Shown: positions 38,541-46,696 of the stretch, piece by piece
Layout: each line of letters starts with the position of its first letter
How positions within the stretch are numbered: the stretch's first letter is position 1
Origin: Christensenellaceae bacterium
GTDB taxonomy: Bacteria; Bacillota; Clostridia; Christensenellales; Borkfalkiaceae
Length of the DNA stretch: 64,000 nt
Direction of reading: 5' to 3'
Assembly: GCA_045651365.1 (NCBI GenBank)
Contig: JAZRSF010000010.1
Location: 83,324-147,323, forward strand
Made by a program: the position numbers and the translations under genes
Notes under the pieces: model-generated
Databases searched by the model: none
Seen by the model: the letters and a program-made list of their open reading frames with translations, nothing else
Told to the model about the DNA's origin: nothing

Positions 38541-41500
38541 TTAGCGCTTAAAGCACTTTGTTTCGCCCATTCCCAATAGGTAATTTATAATAGTAGCCTT
38601 GTCGGCGTTTGCAATATCAATCGCCGTTCCACTCGTTGCAGAGTTCGTTGCGCTATACCACCAACCCTCGGTAGCATTAAAGGTAACGTTAGTTAAATCC
38701 GTGCAACCAGCAAAGGCTTTTACACCAATACTTTTTACGCCAGAGCCGATTTTTAAGGTAGTAACCTCACTACAATTCTCAAATGCGCTCTCGCCAATAG
38801 TAACTACGGTATCTGGAATTATCAAAGAAGTAAAATTGTAACATTGATAGAATGCTTGTCTACCGATTTCTTTTAGGTTACTTGATAGAGTAAGTGAAGT
38901 CATAGCCCATAGACGGAAGAAAGCACTTTCGCCAATATAAGTAACGCTATCAGGAATTACTAACGAAGTTACCTCTTGGCAATCACTAAACGCTGAAGCA
39001 CAAATACTAATTAGTCCGTTTGGTAATGAGATGCTAGTCGCTTTGGATTGTCCCATAAATGCAGCACCTGCAATAACTTTAGTGTTAGTGTTTATAGAGA
39101 TAGAAGTGTAGGTCGTTGTAGTTGAAGGTGTTCCAATACAAACTAGATACTTGTTAGTAGAATTTCCTAAATAACGAACGTTATTGTATGTGTTGTAATT
39201 TAGTTTGTTACAACTTGTAAAAGCATTATATCCTACCTTAGTTATATTGCTACTCATGATAACGGTAGTGAGTTTTTGATTGTAGTAGAAAGCATATTGT
39301 TCTATGGTCGTAACGCTATCAGGGATTTCAATACTAATTAATCCCGTTTGATAGAAAGCGCTATCACAAATAGTAGTTAAACCATTTGGAAGAGTTACGC
39401 TAGTTAAACTGATGCAACCTCTAAACGCCTCGCCTGCGATAACTTTAGTATCAGCGTGTAAGGTCATTGAAGTAACGGTGGTGTCTACCGGCATAACGAA
39501 TACTCTGTAAGGATTGGTTGTGTCGCCCGTGTAGTAGCCACCTTCGTATACGTTAAGTTGAACGTTATCTGCATCATAGAAAATTTCGGTGCCAACGCTT
39601 TTAACGTTACCGGCAATAGTTACCGTTTGCAACTTAGAGCAATCCTCAAACACATTGCTACCAATTACTTCAATATCGCTACCGATAGAAATAGATTCTA
39701 GTTTATTACACCATGAGAAAGCAGAATGACCTATAGTTTTAACGCTATTAGGTAAAGCAACGTTGACTAAACCCACACATGCGTAAAAGGCGTTACTGCC
39801 AATAGTTTCTAATTCACTACTAAAGGTTAAATCAGCTAAAAGGGTGCAACCATAAAAGGCAGAGTTACCAACGCTTAAAACTGTGTTAGGCATTTGCACT
39901 TTTACTAATTTAGAACAATAGTAAAACGCATAATCGCCAATGCTTACTAGTTTTTCGTTTAAGGTTAAATTGGTTAGATTGCCACAATTAGTGAATGCAT
40001 AAGCGTCGATACTAGTAACGCTTGAGCCTAAGGTTACCGAAGATATATTAGTGCATTTTTCAAAAGCGTTGTTTTCGATAACTGCAACGCTATCAGGAAT
40101 AATAATAGTAGTTAAGCCAACACAACTTGAGAAAGCGTATTCTTTTATGATTTCAACGTTGCTACCTACAGGTAAAACGCTTAACGCCGAACAGTTTTTA
40201 AATGCGCTAGCGCCAATCTCTTTTACGGTGTTTGGCAAACTTACGGTTGACAATAAAACACAATCAGCAAAAGCAGAATCGCCGATAATTTCAAGTTGAT
40301 TTCCACAAGTAACGCTCGTTAGTTTAGCAAAACCGGCGAAAGTAGAATCGTTTATAGTTTTAATACCGTTTCCTAACGTAACGGTAGTTAATTCGCTACA
40401 GCCTGTAAAAGCAGTGGAATTAATATCGGTAACGTTATTTGGAATTTCAATCGTTTGTAATGAAGTGCAGTTTTTGAATGCGTTTGCACCAATAGTTTCA
40501 ACCTTACTACCAATGGTTACGCTAGATAAGTTGCTACAACCTTGGAAAACGGTAGATTCGATAGAAGTTATGCCGTTGCCGGTAGCAATAGTTTGTAAAG
40601 CCGAACAACCTATGAAAGCAGAGGAGCCAATACTTGTAACGGTGTCTGGAATTGAAACGTTTGTTAATGAAGAACAATAAGCAAAAGCGTTTTGACCAAT
40701 GCTCTCAACACCACTCTTTAAGGCTACACTCTCTAGAGAAGAACAACCGGAGAAAGTATTGTTACTAATGGCTTTAATGGTGCCAGGAATAACTACGTTT
40801 ACAACGTTAGTGTTTTCAAAAGCGCCACCAAGAATGATTTTCGTGTTATCGTGTAAGTTTACCGAAGTGGTATCGGCATTTATTGGTTTAACAAACGCTA
40901 GGTAGTTGTTATTTGCGTTTCCTAAATATTTGCCACCTTCGTATTCGTAGTATTGAATATTCTCACAACCCTTAAAGGCGTCTGCGCCAATGCTCGTTAC
41001 GTTATCGTGAATTGATACGCTTGTAAATGAACCATTGATAAATGCACTTCCCTTAATTTCAGTAATACTATCAGGAATTACTAAATCGGTTATTTCGGTA
41101 TCGCCTAGATATAAATGTTTAGCGTAATATAGTGGGTTTCCAGCAAAGGCTTGGAAGTCTATTTTACACCAACTTTCTAAATCGCTTATGATAACTTTTT
41201 CTAATCCCGAGCAACCTTCGAAAGAACGATAGGTGCTTTGCAACGTGCTTGGAATTTCAATGCTCGTTAAATACCTGCAACCATAGAAAGATTGAGTTCC
41301 AATGGTTTTTAGAGTGCTTGGAAGTTTTATGTTTTCTACTACACTAAACGAAATAAAGAATTGGTTTGGAATACTAGTAATACCATCTGAAATATATACG
41401 TTCTTTGCTAGTTTTCTATAGTTAGAAATTCCACTAGGAGTATTAAAAGCCCCGGAACCAAAAATATAGCAATCGTAGTAATTTCCGTTTGCTAGGAAAT

Positions 41501-42041
41501 ATATTTTATAACCCGAGCCATCACCAGCCGTGCCACTAAACGTTGCTACGTCAATAGCGTCGATATCTCTATTACAAGTGGTGCAAGTTCTTCCATCTAT
41601 ATTATGTGGAATTTTAGCAACGTAGGTGTCGCTATAAGCATCACCACAATTACACACGTGCCTTGTATAGCCTTGACTAGAACAAGTTGCTGGATAAACA
41701 GTGTCTAGATATTCGTGAGGCAACATTTCCACCGTTTTGGTTTCTACTTCTTCACAACCCGTAACACTACAAGTTCTCTTTTCAGAACCTTCTTGCGTGC
41801 AAGATACAGGCGTTATAACTTCCCACTCGCCAAAAACGTGTTCTCCGTTAGGCTCTACGTAAGAATCAACGTAACTTTTGCCACATTCACAAGTGTGAGT
41901 TGTGTAACCTTGTTCCTGACAGTTAGGTGGGGTTACAACGTCGGTATACGAACAAACGTGTTCTTCGCTACAAGCCGAAAAACATGCCATACTTAACATT
42001 GAAAAGATAAGTAACAAAAACGATAATAGTTTCTTGCTCAT
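38541..42041 (-). CDS. Large surface lipoprotein with BspA-type leucine-rich repeats (LRR_5) and N-terminal His/Cys-rich modules
   Basis: 1166 aa. It has a signal peptide and lipobox FSAC, then about 140 aa of Cys-rich modules. Dozens of ~23-aa units follow, of the type IPxSVTSIGxxAFxxCxxLxxV. Confidence 0.85.
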   Translation of the reverse strand: MSKKLLSFLLLIFSMLSMACFSACSEEHVCSYTDVVTPPNCQEQGYTTHTCECGKSYVDSYVEPNGEHVFGEWEVITPVSCTQEGSEKRTCSVTGCEEVETKTVEMLPHEYLDTVYPATCSSQGYTRHVCNCGDAYSDTYVAKIPHNIDGRTCTTCNRDIDAIDVATFSGTAGDGSGYKIYFLANGNYYDCYIFGSGAFNTPSGISNYRKLAKNVYISDGITSIPNQFFISFSVVENIKLPSTLKTIGTQSFYGCRYLTSIEIPSTLQSTYRSFEGCSGLEKVIISDLESWCKIDFQAFAGNPLYYAKHLYLGDTEITDLVIPDSITEIKGSAFINGSFTSVSIHDNVTSIGADAFKGCENIQYYEYEGGKYLGNANNNYLAFVKPINADTTSVNLHDNTKIILGGAFENTNVVNVVIPGTIKAISNNTFSGCSSLESVALKSGVESIGQNAFAYCSSLTNVSIPDTVTSIGSSAFIGCSALQTIATGNGITSIESTVFQGCSNLSSVTIGSKVETIGANAFKNCTSLQTIEIPNNVTDINSTAFTGCSELTTVTLGNGIKTINDSTFAGFAKLTSVTCGNQLEIIGDSAFADCVLLSTVSLPNTVKEIGASAFKNCSALSVLPVGSNVEIIKEYAFSSCVGLTTIIIPDSVAVIENNAFEKCTNISSVTLGSSVTSIDAYAFTNCGNLTNLTLNEKLVSIGDYAFYYCSKLVKVQMPNTVLSVGNSAFYGCTLLADLTFSSELETIGSNAFYACVGLVNVALPNSVKTIGHSAFSWCNKLESISIGSDIEVIGSNVFEDCSKLQTVTIAGNVKSVGTEIFYDADNVQLNVYEGGYYTGDTTNPYRVFVMPVDTTVTSMTLHADTKVIAGEAFRGCISLTSVTLPNGLTTICDSAFYQTGLISIEIPDSVTTIEQYAFYYNQKLTTVIMSSNITKVGYNAFTSCNKLNYNTYNNVRYLGNSTNKYLVCIGTPSTTTTYTSISINTNTKVIAGAAFMGQSKATSISLPNGLISICASAFSDCQEVTSLVIPDSVTYIGESAFFRLWAMTSLTLSSNLKEIGRQAFYQCYNFTSLIIPDTVVTIGESAFENCSEVTTLKIGSGVKSIGVKAFAGCTDLTNVTFNATEGWWYSATNSATSGTAIDIANADKATIINYLLGMGETKCFKR

Positions 42042-42071
42042 AATTTTCTCCTAAAATTAAAATACTTTTTA

Positions 42072-42101
42072 ATTATATTCTATAATTAAGTGCAATGTCA
42101 A
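42072..42101 (-). promoter_or_regulatory. Sigma-A type promoter of the LRR lipoprotein gene
   Basis: The minus strand reads TTGACA-18 nt-TATAAT, followed ~20 nt later by AGGAG and the ATG at 42041. Confidence 0.55.
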
Positions 42102-42193
42102 ATAAAAAGCCCCCTATCCCACGACAAAAATTGTCGAAGAGATTTTAGGGGAGAGATAATGCTTTTATCTATTTTGCTAATTTATATTTAAAA

Positions 42194-42225
42194 CAAAAAA
42201 AGTTCGGTTAAACCGAACTTTTTTG
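42194..42225. terminator. Bidirectional terminator hairpin
   Basis: aaaaaaa-agttcgg-ttaaa-ccgaact-tttttt, 19 nt downstream of the stop at 42244. Confidence 0.7.
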
Positions 42226-42243
42226 TTAATTATTTTTCAATTG

Positions 42244-42702
42244 TTATAACCAAGCCATGCCGTATATAGATAAAAACATCATAACGACGCCAAACATATA
42301 TATAGCCGTAGCCCTAAATAGTTTATCTTTGTTTTCTTTCTTAAATCCTAAAACAAAGTTAGCAATTGAAGTTAAAAAACCTAGTATTGAGAACACAAAA
42401 CTAGCTATCATTGGGTTTTCGTTTATGTTCCAGTAACCATAAGTATTAATATATGCAATTTCGCCGTCATAATATTGATAATAAGAAGTGCCAACATAAA
42501 TATAAGACGAAATAATCGAGATAACCATAAATATTACTGCAAGGCACAAAATAGCAAGGGCAACGTAAGAAAGTATAGAGTGTAATTTAGAAAAGTCTAT
42601 TTCTTTCTTTTGTTTGGTCTTTCCTTCTTCTACAGCGCAACCACATTTAGGGCAAACAACTGCTAAATCGTTTAATTCATTTCCACAAGTTTTACAATAC
42701 AT
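42244..42702 (-). CDS. Zinc-ribbon domain membrane protein
   Basis: 152 aa. An N-terminal MYCKTCGNELNDLAVVCPKCG (two CxxC pairs) is followed by 3-4 TM helices. Confidence 0.7.
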   Translation of the reverse strand: MYCKTCGNELNDLAVVCPKCGCAVEEGKTKQKKEIDFSKLHSILSYVALAILCLAVIFMVISIISSYIYVGTSYYQYYDGEIAYINTYGYWNINENPMIASFVFSILGFLTSIANFVLGFKKENKDKLFRATAIYMFGVVMMFLSIYGMAWL

Positions 42703-42716
42703 AATTTTTTCTCCTG

Positions 42717-43115
42717 TTAGTTATCACAAAGCATTAAAATGCCAGCAATAAGACTTGCAAACAACAACGTGCATACCTTAAAGCCTATTCCAACGGTTTC
42801 ATTATTTTTAGTTGCTTTACAATAGTGAATGGTCATTGGCAAACACCAAGCAAGTGGTATTAAATATAAAAAAGATACAAAAACAATTGCACCCTCACCA
42901 ATAAGTATACCAGCAACAATAAAGATAAAAAAACATATCAAAAACAATAATCCTATGCCAATACAAGAAATTATTAAAAATATTTTAGCGGCAGTTTGAA
43001 GTCCTTTGTTATCGCTTTTTTTGTTGGTTGCGTTGTACTTATCCGTTGGCACGCCACAATTTGGACAAACAACGGCGTTGTCGCTAATTTCATTTCCACA
43101 ATGAGTACAATACAT
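42717..43115 (-). CDS. Zinc-ribbon domain membrane protein (paralogous architecture)
   Basis: 132 aa. An N-terminal MYCTHCGNEISDNAVVCPNCG is followed by 3 TM helices. Confidence 0.7.
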   Translation of the reverse strand: MYCTHCGNEISDNAVVCPNCGVPTDKYNATNKKSDNKGLQTAAKIFLIISCIGIGLLFLICFFIFIVAGILIGEGAIVFVSFLYLIPLAWCLPMTIHYCKATKNNETVGIGFKVCTLLFASLIAGILMLCDN

Positions 43116-43158
43116 AATTTTTTCTCCTGTATAAAAAATTTTTTATTGGTAATATTAT

Positions 43159-43177
43159 AAAGGCACAATGTGCCTTT
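43159..43177. promoter_or_regulatory. Perfect 9+1+9 palindrome in a divergent promoter region (candidate XRE operator)
   Basis: aaaggcaca-a-tgtgccttt lies between the Zn-ribbon gene start (43115, -) and the XRE gene start (43216, +). No U-run follows, so it is unlikely to be a terminator. Confidence 0.4.
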
Positions 43178-43215
43178 TGTCAAGTGTTAATTGCACGTTG
43201 TGCTATTATTTTAAT

Positions 43216-43425
43216 ATGATAAGGATAGAAGATATACAAAAAAGATTAAGAGAGGCCATACGATTTGGCACGATTTCTCAAAAAGAATTAGCAAAAAAAC
43301 TTAATATAAACCCATCAACGGTTAGCAAGTATATGCGATTAGATAAATATCCATCGCTAGATACTTTTGCTAACATTTGTGAAATTTTAGATATTTCGGC
43401 AGACGAGATTTTAGGCTTAAAATAA
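43216..43425 (+). CDS. XRE-family helix-turn-helix transcriptional regulator
   Basis: 69 aa from the internal ATG: MIRIEDIQKRLREAIRFGTISQKELAKKLNINPSTVSKYM... (HTH_3). The track N-extension from 43168 starts inside the palindrome and looks spurious. No SD is visible, and TATTAT ends 6 nt before the ATG. Confidence 0.75.
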   Translation: MIRIEDIQKRLREAIRFGTISQKELAKKLNINPSTVSKYMRLDKYPSLDTFANICEILDISADEILGLK

Positions 43426-43429
43426 AAAG

Positions 43430-43465
43430 TTCCAACCGACGATTAGGTTGGAATTTTTCTCTTTT
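43430..43465 (+). terminator. Rho-independent terminator after the XRE gene
   Basis: Stem ttccaacc / ggttggaa with an 8-nt loop, followed by tttttctctttt. Confidence 0.7.
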
Positions 43466-43474
43466 AAACCAAAA

Positions 43475-43846
43475 CAAAAGGGACTTGCCTCTCTCGAGCC
43501 TCCCACAAAACAGTCCAGTGGACTGTTTTTTCGCCCTTGGCGAATACGCAACTAAAGTTGCTAGTTCCTAATTCAAGTCCCTTTGCTTTTTTGCACAAAA
43601 AAAGTGCTAGGCTTTTTAGCCTAGCACATTTTTTGGTGCGAGCAAAGGGACTTTCGCCTGTGCGACCATACCCGATAAACAGTGGGTGTCCACTGTTTAC
43701 TCTACGAGAAATTTGCAAGCAAATTTTCTCCTAATGCTCCTCCGCTTTGCTACGGAGGGCTTCGCCCAAGTCCTTTGCTTTTTTGCATAAAAAAATGTGC
43801 TAGGCTTTTTAGCCTAGCACATTTTTTGGTGCGAGCAAAGGGACTT
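43475..43846. repeat. Tandem ~190-bp units, each containing an 80-nt extended palindrome that copies the tRNA-Leu 3' end
   Basis: Copies at 43767-43846 and 43574-43653 differ at 3 of 80 positions by my count. A degenerate arm lies at 43475-43487. Each copy holds the hairpin gtgctaggc-ttttt-agcctagcac, flanked by aagtccctttgc / gcaaagggactt inverted arms. Confidence 0.8.
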
Positions 43847-43909
43847 GAACCCCCACGGTCTCCCACTAGATCCTAAGTCTAGCGCGTCTGCCAATTCCGC
43901 CATGCTCGC
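43827..43909 (-). tRNA. tRNA-Leu, anticodon UAG, CCA encoded
   Basis: The reverse complement GCGAGCATGGCGGAATTGGCAGACGCGCTAGACTTAGGATCTAGTGGGAGACCGTGGGGGTTCAAGTCCCTTTGCTCGCACCA folds as a cloverleaf. Acceptor is GCGAGCA/TGCTCGC and the anticodon arm is CTAGA-CTTAGGA-TCTAG. It has a long variable arm (class II) and a T-loop TTCAAGT. Confidence 0.9.
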
Positions 43910-43922
43910 TCATTGCTTATAC

Positions 43923-43951
43923 ATATTACCACAAGGTTTTTTGTTTGTCAA
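43923..43951 (-). promoter_or_regulatory. Sigma-A type promoter of tRNA-Leu
   Basis: The minus strand reads TTGACA-17 nt-TAATAT. The -10 element ends 13 nt before the mature tRNA 5' end. Confidence 0.55.
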
Positions 43952-44029
43952 CAAAATGGTGGCAACAAAAATAAAAAATTTAGCGTGCAATTCGTCTTTT
44001 AACAAACTGCACGCTTTTTACAAGTTTTT

Positions 44030-44635
44030 TTAATCTTTTAGCATTTTAACTAGCATTTCAACAACGTCATCTAGATTCATTGTTGCAGTATTTATGCAAA
44101 TATCATAGTTTAATTTGTCTCCCCACTCGTTGCCTGTGTAGAATTTATAATATCTTGCACGGTTTTTATCAATTGCCTTTATATGCTTTTTAAGTTGCTT
44201 ATCGGTAAAATGTTCCTTAACGTCAGCACGTTCTTTACAGCGATTAACCTTATGGTCAATATCCGAATAAACGAATATTCTTAACGGATTTTGTTCTCTT
44301 AAAATAAAGTCTGCGCATCTACCAACTATAATACAATTTCCGTTTTCAGCCATTTGCTTAATAACTTCGCTTTGTTCACGATAAACAGCGTGTTGACGTT
44401 CTATCCCGTAGTGATGCAAGTATGCAAAGGTATGTCCAACGGTAATTGGAAGATGATGATGAGGGTCATGCTCCAAAACTTGTTGAACGTATTTTTCCGA
44501 TAATTCGGTACGTTTGGCAATTTCTTCTATAATTTCTCTATCGTAGTAATCATAGCCCAAAGCCTCGGAAAGTTTAAGGGCAAGTTCTCTACCACCACTA
44601 CCAAACTCTCTGCCAATAGTAATAATTTTATTCAT
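44030..44635 (-). CDS. Cytidylate kinase-like family protein (Cytidylate_kin2-type P-loop)
   Basis: 201 aa with an N-terminal IITIGREFGSGGRELALKLSEALG, characteristic of this family. Confidence 0.7.
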   Translation of the reverse strand: MNKIITIGREFGSGGRELALKLSEALGYDYYDREIIEEIAKRTELSEKYVQQVLEHDPHHHLPITVGHTFAYLHHYGIERQHAVYREQSEVIKQMAENGNCIIVGRCADFILREQNPLRIFVYSDIDHKVNRCKERADVKEHFTDKQLKKHIKAIDKNRARYYKFYTGNEWGDKLNYDICINTATMNLDDVVEMLVKMLKD

Positions 44636-44742
44636 AATCTAGCCTCCCCTTTTTTATTATACTACCATATTTTGCCAAAATTGTCAATACCGACTTTTTT
44701 AGGAAGGCTAAAAGCAACTATTAGAAGAGGCCTTCTCTTTTA

Positions 44743-46329
44743 TTAAAAATTAACAAAGCCTAGTTTATATGCCGTAATGCCGTTTTCAGAAAGATAAGCA
44801 TTAACAGCAAAAAGCAATAAATTCACCGAAGATGATGCTAACTCTCTTATGCTACTTCTAAGACTTGTTGAAGAAATATTGTTATAACTATAACCTAAAA
44901 GATACCCAGTATCCCATGTGTTACCATTTATTACCCCTGACATATAATACTCGTATGAATCTATGTAGCTCCAATCATAAACACCATCTATTGTATCTAT
45001 ATCTATACTAACTAAAAAAGAGTAGCTAGAGCTGTATACAAAAATATCTAATGAAAACTCATCTTCTATGTAGTCGTAACCCAAATGAAAAATATATATA
45101 TACTTATAGTCAGAAGAATATTCTGTAGCAAAAGTAACCGTATATACACCATCTTTATACTCACCATTAGTTACAGCATAGCTTCTCATTACGCTAAATA
45201 TATCAGTAGGATTAGTAGGACTACTTGGTGTAGTTGTTCCACTATTATCTGGGTTATGCTCTCCAAAATCTATAGGATTTGAAAAATCTAGATTTTGTAT
45301 TTCTGTAGTCCTAATTGCAAAATTTAAATTTTGGGAATCTCTTACAGTCATTGTATTTATGCCAATGACTTCACAATATTGGTTAATTAATGGTCCACCA
45401 GAATTACCACTAGAAATTGCTGCATCATGTTGCACATATTCAACACCATCAATCTCACGATTTGCGTAAGTTATAATACCTTGAGAAAAGGTCGCAGTTA
45501 AACCTTTTGAACTACCAAAAGCATAAACCGATTTACCAACCACATGCTCCTTTAAACAAATATCCACAGCCTTTAAGTTGCTTGCGTTTATCTTAAGAAC
45601 AGCTAGGTCAATTTCTTCATCATAAGCTAAAATCTTTTGAATAGTATAACTAGTTCCACTAATTGTGATTTCCGCAGAATAAGCATCCTCGATAACGTGG
45701 AAATTGGTTATAATTTTTCCATCTGCACCATACACAAAGCCCGTTCCCAAAGCAAGCTCTCCACCATTTTTATTATATGTAATTATTTCTCCAACTGAAT
45801 CCTTCGTCAATTCATACACTTCACTTGCGCTATAGCTTTGTAGATTATAAATCTTATTTGAAGAAGCCTTTCCACAATGCAAACACTCGTATGTATAAAT
45901 ACCAGACTCACCACAAGTTGCTTCCCTTATTATTTTCTCCTTACCAAGCTCATGCGAAAGCATTGAGCCGTTGTCTGGTATTGTATTTGTTGCAGGACAA
46001 TTAGGCCTATTACACCTAGCTGTTTTAGTACCATCTTTTGTACAGGTTGCGTCATTATTAGAAACATAGTTTGTAAATTCACAACCTAAAGGACTAATAT
46101 TAGTCGTATAGCTATCGCCACACGAACACTCAAACTTTTTTGTTCCAGCGCTAATACAAGTTGGTTGTTTTGTAATAGTCATTACATAGTCATGCGTATG
46201 TACGTTATCGTTACCTGTTGTATCGGCGCTATTATCTAAACCTGTTACACCTAACTCACATGCCGAAAGCGATAAAGCCATTGCTGTTATAAGTAAAGAT
46301 ATAATAAGCAGTCTAAAAAATTTTTTCAT
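44743..46329 (-). CDS. Trypsin-like (S1C/HtrA-type) serine protease lipoprotein with N-terminal His/Cys-rich modules and a Tyr/Ser-rich C-terminal domain
   Basis: I moved the start to ATG 46329 (MKKFFRLLIISLLITAMALSLSAC, AAGGAG SD). The catalytic triad contexts are ITNFHVI (His), IDLAVLKI (Asp) and GNSGGPLIN (Ser). The last ~170 aa match nothing I recognise. Confidence 0.8.
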   Translation of the reverse strand: MKKFFRLLIISLLITAMALSLSACELGVTGLDNSADTTGNDNVHTHDYVMTITKQPTCISAGTKKFECSCGDSYTTNISPLGCEFTNYVSNNDATCTKDGTKTARCNRPNCPATNTIPDNGSMLSHELGKEKIIREATCGESGIYTYECLHCGKASSNKIYNLQSYSASEVYELTKDSVGEIITYNKNGGELALGTGFVYGADGKIITNFHVIEDAYSAEITISGTSYTIQKILAYDEEIDLAVLKINASNLKAVDICLKEHVVGKSVYAFGSSKGLTATFSQGIITYANREIDGVEYVQHDAAISSGNSGGPLINQYCEVIGINTMTVRDSQNLNFAIRTTEIQNLDFSNPIDFGEHNPDNSGTTTPSSPTNPTDIFSVMRSYAVTNGEYKDGVYTVTFATEYSSDYKYIYIFHLGYDYIEDEFSLDIFVYSSSYSFLVSIDIDTIDGVYDWSYIDSYEYYMSGVINGNTWDTGYLLGYSYNNISSTSLRSSIRELASSSVNLLLFAVNAYLSENGITAYKLGFVNF

Positions 46330-46433
46330 TACTTTATGCTCCTTCTTCAGTATAAAATATAATGTATTACAAATTATATGATACAAATATGTATAAGTCA
46401 AGTATTTATATACATTTTTGTATAATAGAAAGT

Positions 46434-46646
46434 ATGGATAAGGGATTTAAAAATAATAAAATAATGGAATTAAGGAAGGAACACAACCTTTCTCAAAGAG
46501 CATTAGCTAAAATTGTTGGAACAAGCCAAGCTAACTTATCTCGTTGGGAAAAAGGCTACATTGAACCTAGTATAATGGAGTGTTGGAAACTCGCTGACTA
46601 TTTTTGCGTTAGTATTGACTTGCTTTGTGGTAGAAAAGAATATTAA
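46434..46646 (+). CDS. XRE-family helix-turn-helix transcriptional regulator
   Basis: About 70 aa: ...ELRKEHNLSQRALAKIVGTSQANLSRWEKGYIEPS... (HTH_3). It is divergent from the protease gene. The start could be 46434 or 46464. Confidence 0.75.
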   Translation: MDKGFKNNKIMELRKEHNLSQRALAKIVGTSQANLSRWEKGYIEPSIMECWKLADYFCVSIDLLCGRKEY

Positions 46647-46696
46647 AAAATTTGTGATATAAAAAAGAAGGCTAAAAACTAGCCTTCTTTTTTCAT

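Noticed and set aside
42111-42151. Nested hairpin (CCCCTA...CGACAA-AAA-TTGTCG...TAGGGG) followed by a U-run on the minus strand, just upstream of the LRR gene promoter
   Set aside because: It is most simply a second tandem terminator for the Zn-ribbon genes, insulating the LRR promoter. Nothing suggests a riboswitch, because it lies upstream of the -35 box.
43464-44033. Four overlapping ORF-track ORFs (43464-43718 -, 43537-43734 +, 43682-43876 +, 43845-44033 +)
   Set aside because: They overlap each other, the tRNA-Leu gene, its promoter and the palindromic repeat units. None has an SD, and their sequences are repeat-derived. I treat them as non-coding.
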